NCBI RefSeq assembly: GCF_042408815.1
Contig: NZ_JBHOQR010000005.1
Location: 3,828 to 67,827, forward strand
DNA from: Thermoflexus sp.
GTDB taxonomy: Bacteria > Chloroflexota > Anaerolineae > Thermoflexales > Thermoflexaceae
Direction of reading: 5' to 3'
DNA length: 64,000 nt
The translations under genes were made by a program, and so were the position numbers. The first letter of the stretch is position 1. Each line of letters opens with the position of its first letter. Positions 18,701 through 27,812 of this stretch are shown here, piece after piece. Below the pieces are notes generated by a model. It saw only the letters and a list, made by a program, of their open reading frames with translations, did not search any database and was not told the DNA's origin.

Positions 18701-21700
18701 ATGGGGATCTCCTGGGGACGATCGAGAGCCGCCACAGGGTTTTCCCGACGCCGGTGGCGGACGCTGCTCGCGCTGGCGCTGGGGATCGGCCTTCTGGCCC
18801 TCTTGGGGCTGGCGTGGCGAGGCATGGCGGCGGTGGCCCGCCCGCAGCCGGAGAGCTCCTCGATCTGCTTTTACATTGATCCTCTCGATAGCCGGGTCCG
18901 GTGCGCTCCTCGTTTCTTCTCTCAAGCCGCCACCACCATCACCGATCGGGTTTCCCTTCGCCTCCAGGCTCTGGTCGCCGGACCGACGGCCGAGGAACGG
19001 GCGGCTGGATGGTGGTCCCCCCTGCCCTCGGGAGCGCGTTTGGCCAGTTTCCAGTGGTCCGGTCATGGGCTCACGCTCTACCTGGAGCTGCCTGCCTCTT
19101 ATCTGGAGCGGACCGGCGGGACGGAGCCGATGCTCAATCCGTGGACCATCGATCAGGCGGCTTATCTCTTTCTACGGCATCTGGAGCCCTTCGGGGTGCA
19201 AAACGTGCAGTTGATGGCCCGGAACCCCCAGGATGGTCGATTTTATGCCCTCTCCTGGTTCCTCCGAGAACCCCCGCCGGTCAATAAACCCACTGAGCTT
19301 GCGCGGGCGAGGGGGGAGCCTCTGGCCCCTATGAGCGCTGCCGGCCAGCCCCCTGCCTACAGCCGCCCTCAAGCTCAGGGGTTCCTGAGCGGAAAGGCCG
19401 TTTATCTGAGCGCGGGCCACGGCTGGTACTGGTATGCGCCGGGCAGTCGCTGGTTGACTCAGCGGGGGAACACCAATGGGCTGGTGGAAGATCTGAACAA
19501 TGCGGAGACTGTCAACCAGTTCCTGATCCAGTATCTCTTTAACGCGGGGGCCGATGTCTGGCCAGTTCGAGAACGGGATATGAACCCCTGGGAAGGGATC
19601 GCGGACAATGATAACCCTCAGGTGTATCAGGAGCAGGGCTCCTGGTCCCCGGGCACCCTACCGGGCTATAACGGCGGCACCTACCGCACGACTCTGACAG
19701 CTCTGGGGGCGGTCACCGCCCAGGCCGTCTGGACCCTCATGCCGCCCCGGGACGGCATCTATGCCGTGTACGTCTGGTATACGAGTGGCTCGAACCGGAG
19801 CACTGACGCACAGTTCCTGATCGAGCATGCCGGGGGCCGCAGTGAGGTCCGGATCAACCAGCAGGGGCACGGCTACACTTGGCGCTATCTGGGCTCCTTC
19901 CCCTTCCGCGGCGGGCAGCCTGCCCGGGTGATCCTCACCAACCGGACCGATCGTCCGGAGAACCTGAACCGCGTGGTGGTGGCAGACGCCGTTCGAATCG
20001 GTGGGGGGATGGGCACCGTAACCGGGGATGGGCCCCCGCCCAGCCCCGGGCCGAGCGGGCGACCGCGCTGGGAGGAAGCCGCCCGCTACTGGGCGAAATA
20101 CCAGGGGGCTCCGTCCTCGGTCTACGATCCTTTCCAATGCTCCACTTATAGCGCATGCGGAGATTTGATCGATGACGTAACCGCTCGCCCCCGTTATGCG
20201 GAGTGGGAGCGAGAGCCCTTCGATGATCCGGTTTACTTCTCGTTCCACACGAACGCTTATAATGGGACCCTGCGAGGGACGGAATCGTATGTTTATGACA
20301 ACAGCGATCCGAACTACCGGCGAACGCCGGGAAGCTTGGAGCTCCAGGATGCGATCCACACCCAAGTGATCCAGGATATCCGGGCCGGCTGGGATCCGAA
20401 CTGGATTGACCGGGGGAAGAAACAGGCCAACCTGGGGGAATTGCGCCTCCTTTCGACGATGCCCGGTGTTCTCCTGGAAGCGGCGTTCCATGACAACCCG
20501 CAGGACGCCGCCGCGCTCAAGGATCCTCGCTTCGCTATGCTGGTGGCCCGGGCGATCTACAAGGGGATCGTGCGCTATTACGCGCAGCGGGATGGCCGCT
20601 CCCCAGTCTTCCTGCCGGAGCCTCCCCAGGCTCCGGTGGCCCGTCAAACAGGGCCAGGCCAGGTAACGCTTTCCTGGCAACCTTCGCCCAGCGATGGCGG
20701 TGTGCTCCTGGGCCATCCGGCCACGGCCTACAAGGTTTATACCAGCACCGACGGATTCGCCTGGGGGGATGGGATTCTCGTTAACGGTACCTCCTATATG
20801 CTTTCCGGTCTGCCCGAGGGCACGACGCTCTTCTTCCGCGTGACCGGCCTGAACGCGGGCGGCGAATCCTTCCCTACCCCGGTCGTCGGGGTGCGGGTTG
20901 GGCCATGGGGCGCGCCCCGGCTGCTCCTCGTGGACGGCTTCGATCGGCTGGACGGGGCGATGCGGCCGACAGAGGATCTGGGGGGAAGCCTGGGGATAGT
21001 GACGCGGATGCCGATCGCCCGAATGAACGCCTTCGATGCGCTGGCCCATGTAGGCCGCGCCCTCGCAATGCCCTTCGATGGGGCGACCGATGAGGCCGTC
21101 TCCGGCGGGTCCATCGGCCTGGAGGGCTATCCCATTGTCCTGTGGCTGCTGGGCGAGGAGGGATTCTCGGAACCGACCCTGGACGACGGAGCCCGGGCCC
21201 GGTTACGCAGCTTTCTGGCGAACGGCGGGCGGCTGATCCTCAGCGGGTCCAACGTGGGCCAGGATCTCCATCAGCGGGATCCGGGCTTTCTAACCGATGC
21301 CCTCCGGACAGGCTTCGTCGCCGACGACGCCGGGACCCGGACCGTCCGCCCAGTTTCGGGAGGCCTGCTGGACGGGATTGGGGATCTGACTCTGGATGAT
21401 GGAACGATGGGGAGCCACCGGGTTACCACGCCGGATGTGCTCGCCCCCGGGCGAGACGCGCAGGCTCTCATGCAGTATCCGGATGGGCAGGCGGCGGCGA
21501 CGTTCTATGGCGCGCCATGCCCACAGGTGGCTGTCTTTGGGTTCCCTCTGGAAAGCGCCTGGCCGATAGCGGCGCGCGCGGCCCTCCTCTCTCGATTGCT
21601 GGACGCGATGATCCAATGTGGAGCGCCCCCCGAGACCACGATCACGACCCCTGCCCCCAATGCCTTGCTGAACCAGGTCCCGGTGATCGCTGGAACCGCT

Positions 21701-22729
21701 TCCCCTTCGGACATCACAGGGGTTCAGGTGGCGCTTCAGCGGACAGCGGATCAGCAATGGTGGACGGGGAATGGATGGGGCGCGGGGCTGGTCTGGCTAA
21801 CCGCCACCGGGCGGCTTTCCTGGTCCTGGACGCCCCCATCCGATCTGGCGGATGGAACCTATGGCGTGCTGGCGCGGGCGGTGCGGGGGACGACGGTGGA
21901 TCCCACACCGGCGGCGGTCACCTTCACGCTGGATCGAACACCCCCCGGGGTGCCGACGCTGATCACCCCCACGGTCACCGCCACGTATACGCCGCCCATT
22001 CGCTTCGAGTGGGCACCGACCGGATCGGAGCCTCCCGCCGGGTACGTGCTCATCCTCAACAGCGCCCGCTTCACCGTGACGGCGACCAGTTTCATGGCCA
22101 ATCTGGTCCCCGGGGAGTATCAGTGGACGGTTGCCGCCTTCGACGCCGCGGGCAACCTCTCCAGCACACCGCCGCCCGTGCGGTTCTATGTCAGCCCGGG
22201 CGCTCGGGGATCCACACTGTATCTACCTCTGATCCTGCGGGGAGCGGAGACGACGCCGCCTCCACCGCCGGCCTGTGAGGAACGGCTGCGCAATGGAGGG
22301 TTCGAAGCCGATCTAACAGGGACCTGGGAGATCCTGAACCCGGGCGCTCCCATCGCGCGGATTCAGAGCCCGGTCTATGAAGGGCAGTGGGCCGTCCGCT
22401 TGGGCGATCTCCAGGCGACCTCCGCCTCTTACGCCACTCTCTGGCAGCGAGTGACCCTGGATGGCACCCGGGCCACCCTGACCTTGTGGCGTCTCCCGCA
22501 GATCCGGGATAGCGGAGATCGCTTCTACATCGGTTTCCGGAACGCACGCAATGAGTGGGTGCCTCTGCTGGTGGATCAGGCGAACACCGGGACATGGGGG
22601 CAAGTGAGCCTGGACCTGACGCCATATGTGGGGCAGATCATTACGCTGACGATCGGCGTTTACAATGATGGGAGGGGATTGGGGAGCGCGGCCGTTGTGG
22701 ATGGGGTGAGCCTGGAGGTTTGTCGTTAA
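18701..22729 (+). CDS. Giant (~1340 aa) membrane-anchored N-acetylmuramoyl-L-alanine amidase (Amidase_3) multi-domain protein
   Basis: TM anchor, GerM-like segment, split Amidase_3 motifs (YLSAGHGWYW; FSFHTNAYNGT..GTESYVY; LLEAAFHDNPQDA), FN3-like (VTLSWQPSP..YKVYTS), Ig-like repeats, C-terminal NGGFE module; ATG 18701 chosen. Confidence 0.85.
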   Translation: MGISWGRSRAATGFSRRRWRTLLALALGIGLLALLGLAWRGMAAVARPQPESSSICFYIDPLDSRVRCAPRFFSQAATTITDRVSLRLQALVAGPTAEERAAGWWSPLPSGARLASFQWSGHGLTLYLELPASYLERTGGTEPMLNPWTIDQAAYLFLRHLEPFGVQNVQLMARNPQDGRFYALSWFLREPPPVNKPTELARARGEPLAPMSAAGQPPAYSRPQAQGFLSGKAVYLSAGHGWYWYAPGSRWLTQRGNTNGLVEDLNNAETVNQFLIQYLFNAGADVWPVRERDMNPWEGIADNDNPQVYQEQGSWSPGTLPGYNGGTYRTTLTALGAVTAQAVWTLMPPRDGIYAVYVWYTSGSNRSTDAQFLIEHAGGRSEVRINQQGHGYTWRYLGSFPFRGGQPARVILTNRTDRPENLNRVVVADAVRIGGGMGTVTGDGPPPSPGPSGRPRWEEAARYWAKYQGAPSSVYDPFQCSTYSACGDLIDDVTARPRYAEWEREPFDDPVYFSFHTNAYNGTLRGTESYVYDNSDPNYRRTPGSLELQDAIHTQVIQDIRAGWDPNWIDRGKKQANLGELRLLSTMPGVLLEAAFHDNPQDAAALKDPRFAMLVARAIYKGIVRYYAQRDGRSPVFLPEPPQAPVARQTGPGQVTLSWQPSPSDGGVLLGHPATAYKVYTSTDGFAWGDGILVNGTSYMLSGLPEGTTLFFRVTGLNAGGESFPTPVVGVRVGPWGAPRLLLVDGFDRLDGAMRPTEDLGGSLGIVTRMPIARMNAFDALAHVGRALAMPFDGATDEAVSGGSIGLEGYPIVLWLLGEEGFSEPTLDDGARARLRSFLANGGRLILSGSNVGQDLHQRDPGFLTDALRTGFVADDAGTRTVRPVSGGLLDGIGDLTLDDGTMGSHRVTTPDVLAPGRDAQALMQYPDGQAAATFYGAPCPQVAVFGFPLESAWPIAARAALLSRLLDAMIQCGAPPETTITTPAPNALLNQVPVIAGTASPSDITGVQVALQRTADQQWWTGNGWGAGLVWLTATGRLSWSWTPPSDLADGTYGVLARAVRGTTVDPTPAAVTFTLDRTPPGVPTLITPTVTATYTPPIRFEWAPTGSEPPAGYVLILNSARFTVTATSFMANLVPGEYQWTVAAFDAAGNLSSTPPPVRFYVSPGARGSTLYLPLILRGAETTPPPPPACEERLRNGGFEADLTGTWEILNPGAPIARIQSPVYEGQWAVRLGDLQATSASYATLWQRVTLDGTRATLTLWRLPQIRDSGDRFYIGFRNARNEWVPLLVDQANTGTWGQVSLDLTPYVGQIITLTIGVYNDGRGLGSAAVVDGVSLEVCR

Positions 22730-22750
22730 AAGAAAAGGGTGGGATGCTCG

Positions 22751-23764
22751 ATGCGAGCACAAACGATGTGGTTGTTGATCCTTCTGAGCGCACTGGGGAT
22801 CGCCATGCTGGTCACGCCGGTGGCCCGGGCGGTCGCCTTCCGGATCGGGATGGTGGACCATCCCGCCCCGCGCAAGCTTCACACCCGGCCGATCCCCTTG
22901 CTGGGTGGCCTCGCGCTCTACCTCGCGGTCCTGATCGCCTTGTTGGTGCTGGAGGATCGTTATAACCTTCCTCAGCTGGCGGGGATCCTGATTGGGGCCA
23001 CAGCGGTTTCCTTTCTGGGGATCTGGGATGACCGGTGGGGGCTTCGGCCTCTGATCAAGCTCAGCGGGCAGATCCTCGTCGCCGGGGTTGTGATGGCCAC
23101 CGGCGTCATGGTTTCCCTCTTCCCGTGGCCGATTCTAAACCTCCTGATCACTTTGCTCTGGCTGGTGGGGATTACGAACGCCTTTAACCTGATTGACAAC
23201 ATGGATGGCCTCTCGGGTGGGATCGGCGCGGTTTCCGCAGCCTTCTTCCTGCTTCTGGCGGCCCTGAACGGCCAGTATCTGGTGGGTGCCCTTTCGGCCG
23301 CTGTGCTGGGCGCCTGCATTGGCTTCCTGCGCTACAACTTCAACCCGGCTTCGATTTTCATGGGGGACGCTGGCAGCCTCTTTCTGGGTTTCCTGATGGC
23401 CGTGCTGGGGATTAAACTGCGCTTCCCCAATCATGCCGCCTTTGTCACCTGGATGGTTCCGGTGCTAGTGCTGGGGATCCCCATCTTCGACACCGCCCTG
23501 GTGATCGTCTCGCGGTTGCGCCGGGGCCTGAACCCGCTCACCACCCCGGGGAAAGATCATCTCTCCCATCGGCTGGTGCGGGCTGGGATGACCCATCGGG
23601 AGGCGGTGCTCCTCCTCTATCTAGCCCAGGCCGCGCTGGGGGCCCTGGCGCTGTTTGTGTCGATGGCCGGGATGCTGGAAAGCTATCTGATCGGGGCCTT
23701 CGTGGGGGGGCTGGCGCTCTGGGCCCTCTGGCGTCTGGAACGACCACCCTTCTGGGGGAGGTAG
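22751..23764 (+). CDS. Glycosyltransferase family 4 polyprenyl-phosphate sugar-1-phosphate transferase (MraY/WecA/TagO-like)
   Basis: Multi-TM protein with signature ITNAFNLIDNMDGLSGG and FMGDAGSLFLGF. Confidence 0.85.
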   Translation: MRAQTMWLLILLSALGIAMLVTPVARAVAFRIGMVDHPAPRKLHTRPIPLLGGLALYLAVLIALLVLEDRYNLPQLAGILIGATAVSFLGIWDDRWGLRPLIKLSGQILVAGVVMATGVMVSLFPWPILNLLITLLWLVGITNAFNLIDNMDGLSGGIGAVSAAFFLLLAALNGQYLVGALSAAVLGACIGFLRYNFNPASIFMGDAGSLFLGFLMAVLGIKLRFPNHAAFVTWMVPVLVLGIPIFDTALVIVSRLRRGLNPLTTPGKDHLSHRLVRAGMTHREAVLLLYLAQAALGALALFVSMAGMLESYLIGAFVGGLALWALWRLERPPFWGR

Positions 23765-23848
23765 CCCGGCAACCTATCCGGGGCTCCGCCCACGGACATC
23801 TTACCCATCCGATTCCAACGACGCTCCATCGAAATCGGCGAGAAGAGC

Positions 23849-24280
23849 ATGGGGAAGAAATGGCTTATGGGGATGGCGGGAGCCTTACTCGCGCTGGGGT
23901 TGTGCATCGGGCTGGCCCAATTTCGGCCTGCGGCCCGTCCCCATCTATCCCTTCCCGCCGTAACGGCGCGGGTGATTCTGATCACCCGCCTTCCAACGCC
24001 GAGCCCTCCCCCCTCGTTTTTACCCTCACCTTCACCCTCCCCCACCCGGGCACCGCGGGCCCAGCGAATGGTGATTACAGGAACGGGAGGCATCGGCCTG
24101 CGGCTGCGAAAAGGGCCGGGGCTTCTCTACCCTGTCGTCACGATTCTGGAGGAAGGGACATTCCTCCGGGCATTCCCGGACTCTGTCGAGGCGGATGGCC
24201 TGCGCTGGCGTTGGGTCCAGACGGAGGATGGGGCTTTCGAGGGCTGGGTAGCGGAATCCTATCTGGCCCCCGCGGAATAG
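23849..24280 (+). CDS. Membrane-anchored SH3b domain protein with Pro/Ser/Thr linker
   Basis: TM anchor (MAGALLALGLCIGLA), linker PTPSPPPSFLPSPSPSPT, SH3b-like block (GLRLRKGPGLLYPV..DGLRWRWVQTEDGAFEGWV). Confidence 0.7.
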   Translation: MGKKWLMGMAGALLALGLCIGLAQFRPAARPHLSLPAVTARVILITRLPTPSPPPSFLPSPSPSPTRAPRAQRMVITGTGGIGLRLRKGPGLLYPVVTILEEGTFLRAFPDSVEADGLRWRWVQTEDGAFEGWVAESYLAPAE

Positions 24281-24334
24281 TGCCTCATGCGGCGGCGAGC
24301 CAACCGCTCGCGAGGTGGGGGCTGCTATAGGCCG

Positions 24335-24364
24335 CCCTCCTCCTGCGAACACTGGGGAGGAGGG
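24335..24364. terminator. Hairpin between convergent SH3b gene and hpf
   Basis: Perfect 9-bp stem CCCTCCTCC/GGAGGAGGG (24335-24343/24356-24364), followed on + strand by TTTAT. Confidence 0.6.
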
Positions 24365-24365
24365 T

Positions 24366-24905
24366 TTATCCCAGCTCCGGCTGGATCAGCCCGTAGTTGC
24401 CATCCCGCCGTCGGTAGACCAGGTTGATGCTGGCCGTTTCTGGATTGTAGAAAATAAAGAAATCGTGGCCCAGGAGCTCCATCTGCTCGATGGCCTCCTC
24501 CGGTGTCATGGCCGTGATCTCGAACCGCTTGATCTTCACAATACGTCCCGCAGGGCTGCTGGTTTCCCCGAGGGAAGCGGACTCCAGCGACTCCGCGCGG
24601 ATCCGTCCTTCCCGACGCCCTTTGAAGCGCTCAATCCGCCGCTCCATTTTATCCACCACGAGGTCGATCGCCGCCAACAGGTCAGCGTGACGTTCCTCGG
24701 CGCGCAGGAGGATACCCGGGGTCATCCGCAGTGTAAGCTGAGCGATCTGACGCTGATCCCGGCTTCGGGTGTTCTCCTGGGCCAGCTCCAGCTCGGCCTG
24801 AGAGATGGTGGGCAGAAATCGCTCCAGGCGCGCGATTCGCTTCCGAGCATATGTTTCAATCTGATCGGTGATCTCGAGGTTCCGCCCCCGAATAATGAGC
24901 TCCAT
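24366..24905 (-). CDS. hpf: Ribosome hibernation promoting factor, long form
   Basis: N-terminal RaiA/HPF domain (MELIIRGRNLEITDQIETYARKRI) plus C-terminal dimerisation domain (HDFFIFYNPETASINLVYRRRDGNYGLI). Confidence 0.9.
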   Translation of the reverse strand: MELIIRGRNLEITDQIETYARKRIARLERFLPTISQAELELAQENTRSRDQRQIAQLTLRMTPGILLRAEERHADLLAAIDLVVDKMERRIERFKGRREGRIRAESLESASLGETSSPAGRIVKIKRFEITAMTPEEAIEQMELLGHDFFIFYNPETASINLVYRRRDGNYGLIQPELG

Positions 24906-25037
24906 AGCCTTCCTCCGACGTAGATGGAACTGGAGGGCTATCGCTGACCTTCTCCGAGTGGACCCGGGCCGGCCTGAGCTCCCAACCGGGCCTTTATTTT
25001 ATTCATGAGGCCTGCGGGAAAAGCGCGACCGCTCGGC

Positions 25038-25769
25038 CTAACAATCCTCCTGTTGAAGGATCACGCGGGCCAGAGTGAACCCCCAGACCGATCGCGCCCC
25101 TGCCTGATAGAGGGCTGCCGCGCAGGCCTCCAGCGTCGCCCCGCTGGTGCACACATCGTCCACCACGACGATCCGCTTCCCCGATACCCAGCGGGGATCC
25201 GCCATGAAAGCCCCGCGCACATTCTCCCGACGGGCGTTCTGATCCAGCCCAACCTGAGAGGGAGTAGACCGGATCCGATGCAACGCTTGGAGGCAGAACG
25301 GAACCGCCACGCCCTCCGCCAGAGCCCGGGCCAGCATGGCGGCCTGATTGTATCCCCGCTGACGCTGGCGCGCCCTGGAGGCGGGGACCGGAACCAGCAA
25401 GTCAGCCTCCATCGCGAAGCGGGCCCATCCTTCCACCATCCCCACTCCCAGAGCCTGGGCGAGACGATACCGCCCATGGAATTTTAGCCGATGCAGTGCC
25501 CGCCGGATGGGGCCCGAATAAAGGTAACAGGAGCGGACGCCATCCAGCTGCAGGGGCGCCTTTTTACAACGGGGGCAGTGGGCTCCCCTGGACCATGGGA
25601 GGCCACATCGGAAACAGACGGGGGGTGCCAGCGGGCTCATCGCGGCCCCACAGGTTGGGCACCAGGGCCAGCCAGGACGCCCACATCCGGCACAACGAGG
25701 GGGAAACAGGAGGTCGAGCGCCTCCTCCCTCAGGCGAGCAATCCACCAGGAGAAGCGAAACGAGGACAA
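25038..25769 (-). CDS. comF: ComF family protein (ComFC-type phosphoribosyltransferase-like)
   Basis: N-terminal CxxC..CxxC zinc finger (CAGCG..CPTCG), C-terminal PRT motif IVVVDDVCTSGATL. Confidence 0.8.
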   Translation of the reverse strand: MSSFRFSWWIARLREEALDLLFPPRCAGCGRPGWPWCPTCGAAMSPLAPPVCFRCGLPWSRGAHCPRCKKAPLQLDGVRSCYLYSGPIRRALHRLKFHGRYRLAQALGVGMVEGWARFAMEADLLVPVPASRARQRQRGYNQAAMLARALAEGVAVPFCLQALHRIRSTPSQVGLDQNARRENVRGAFMADPRWVSGKRIVVVDDVCTSGATLEACAAALYQAGARSVWGFTLARVILQQEDC

Positions 25770-25794
25770 GGGATCCCCGACCGTTCTGAGAAAT

Positions 25795-26754
25795 TCAACG
25801 CAGGAATCCGCCGCTGAACTGTTTGATCACGATCAACACGGCCGGCCCCAGAAGGACGACAAACATGGCCGGGAAGATCAGGAAGACCAGCGGGAAGAGC
25901 ATCTTGATCGGGGCTTGTCGGGCCAATTCCTCCGCCCGCTGCCGGCGGCGCAGGCGCATCTGATCTGCCTGGATGTGAAGCACCTTGGCGATGCTGACTC
26001 CCAGCTGCTCTGCCTGAATGATCGCGGCCACAAACGTGGTCATCTCCGGTAGATCCACGCGGGCCGCCATATCCCGCAGCGCGTCCTTCCGGGAGCGCCC
26101 GAGGGCGATTTCCTGGAGCACCCGGGCGAAGGCTTTCCCCAGCTCGTTGTTCCATCGCTCCGCCACCCGCTGCATGGCCGCATCGAACCCCAGCCCGGCC
26201 TCTACGCAGATCACCAGCAGGTCCAGGGCGTCCGGGAGTGTTTTCAGGATCTCCTTCTTACGCCGGGCGATCTGTTGATTGAGCCAGAGCATCGGGTAAT
26301 AGAAGCCCAGTCCGCCGATAGCCAGGCTCAGGGCCCATCGTTGGAGGGCCGGAGCGCGCAGCAGCAGCACATAGATCAGGCCGAAAAGGAAGAAGCCGGC
26401 CATGATCCGCAGCCCAAAGAACTCCGCCGCCCCCAGACGGACCGGGTTGCCTGCCAGCTCCAGCCGGCGCCGCGTGTCCTCAATGATCGATTGAGGCGTG
26501 AAGCGGCTGATGAATTCCGCGATCTGACGGAGAATAGGGACAATCACCCTTTGGGTGAAGGGAATCGAAAGCTCGACCTCCTCCAGTGTCACTGGCACAT
26601 CCCGGGCAGCGAACTCCGCCAGACGGGCCTGGAGCACCTCTTCCTCACGGGGAGCGCCCAAGCCAATCACCAGGGCCACGGCGATCACCCCTACAGCCAG
26701 AATCCCCAGGACCAGAACCAGACTCAACATCTCCTTATACCTCGATCTGGACAA
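25795..26754 (-). CDS. tadC: Tad pilus platform protein TadC (T2SSF domain)
   Basis: N-terminal TM, T2SSF-type core (LPDALDLLVICVEAGLGFDAAM), C-terminal TM pair; downstream of tadB. Confidence 0.85.
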   Translation of the reverse strand: MSRSRYKEMLSLVLVLGILAVGVIAVALVIGLGAPREEEVLQARLAEFAARDVPVTLEEVELSIPFTQRVIVPILRQIAEFISRFTPQSIIEDTRRRLELAGNPVRLGAAEFFGLRIMAGFFLFGLIYVLLLRAPALQRWALSLAIGGLGFYYPMLWLNQQIARRKKEILKTLPDALDLLVICVEAGLGFDAAMQRVAERWNNELGKAFARVLQEIALGRSRKDALRDMAARVDLPEMTTFVAAIIQAEQLGVSIAKVLHIQADQMRLRRRQRAEELARQAPIKMLFPLVFLIFPAMFVVLLGPAVLIVIKQFSGGFLR

Positions 26755-27706
26755 TCCGTCGGATTACGAAGTAGCCGATCAGCATCATCACCGCTGTGCA
26801 GGCGACCATGAAGTAGCCTAGGATTCCACTGTTGAAGAAATTCAGCATATAGTTTCGGTTGATCCCAAACAGGACAAGGCCCAGCAAAATCGGGAGGACC
26901 ATCAACACATACCCGCTGAGGGTTTGCTGGGCCGTCAAGGCTCGGATTTCCCCCTTGATCCGCACCCGCTCCCGAATGGTGAAACTGATGGTATCCAGGA
27001 TCTCCGCCAGATTTCCTCCTATCTCGCGATGGATTAAGATCGCTGTGACCAGCATCTCCAGGTCATCGCTGTGCACTCGACGCAGCATGTTCTGGAGCGC
27101 CTGGTCGAGGGAGAGACCCAGCTGTTGCTCTTTCACCACCCGATCGAACTCAGTGGAGATCGGCGGAGGAAGCTCGCGGGCGACGGCCTCCATGGCCTGA
27201 AGAATGCTGTAGCCGGCGCGCAACCCATTGACCATCAGATTGATGGCATCGCCGAGCTGGGCATTGAAGGCCTGGAGCCGTCGTCGCTGCCGCCATGCGA
27301 CATAGAAGCGCGGCGCAAAGAAGCCCGCGATCAGACCCAGCATGGCCAGAGGAAGGAACCGGAAGAACAGCTGGGCCAAGAGGAGCCCTATCATCGCCGT
27401 CAGGATCTGGATGACCAGGAACTCTCCCGGTGTGACCTTCAGATCGGCCCGGGCCAGCTGAAGCCGCAGATCCTCCGCGAACCCCCGCCCGGCAATGGCC
27501 CGATTCAAGCTTTCGCTGAACGGCATCGTCCGGCGAGGAGGGGTTGGGCGAGACGGCCCCTCACCCCGACGCCCTGGACGAGGAGCGGCATATCGCTCCA
27601 GCCGCTCCACGACAACTTCCTCCTCTTCCCCGCCAAAGATATAGAGAAGCAAAAGGATGAGGATCAGAATCCCTCCTCCGACCAGCACATACGTTTGCCA
27701 GGCCAT
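26735..27706 (-). CDS. tadB: Tad pilus platform protein TadB (T2SSF domain)
   Basis: T2SSF-type core (LGDAINLMVNGLRAGYSILQAM); ATG 27706 (MAWQTYVL..) chosen; overlaps tadC start. Confidence 0.85.
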   Translation of the reverse strand: MAWQTYVLVGGGILILILLLLYIFGGEEEEVVVERLERYAAPRPGRRGEGPSRPTPPRRTMPFSESLNRAIAGRGFAEDLRLQLARADLKVTPGEFLVIQILTAMIGLLLAQLFFRFLPLAMLGLIAGFFAPRFYVAWRQRRRLQAFNAQLGDAINLMVNGLRAGYSILQAMEAVARELPPPISTEFDRVVKEQQLGLSLDQALQNMLRRVHSDDLEMLVTAILIHREIGGNLAEILDTISFTIRERVRIKGEIRALTAQQTLSGYVLMVLPILLGLVLFGINRNYMLNFFNSGILGYFMVACTAVMMLIGYFVIRRIVQIEV

Positions 27707-27812
27707 AGCTTCCCCCTGCATCTTTACATTTCCCACGGCCCGGAGGGATCGGGGAAGGGGAGAAGAGCCATCCCCTTCTGGAATCCGGGCCAGCCGGCAC
27801 AAGAACCGGTCG

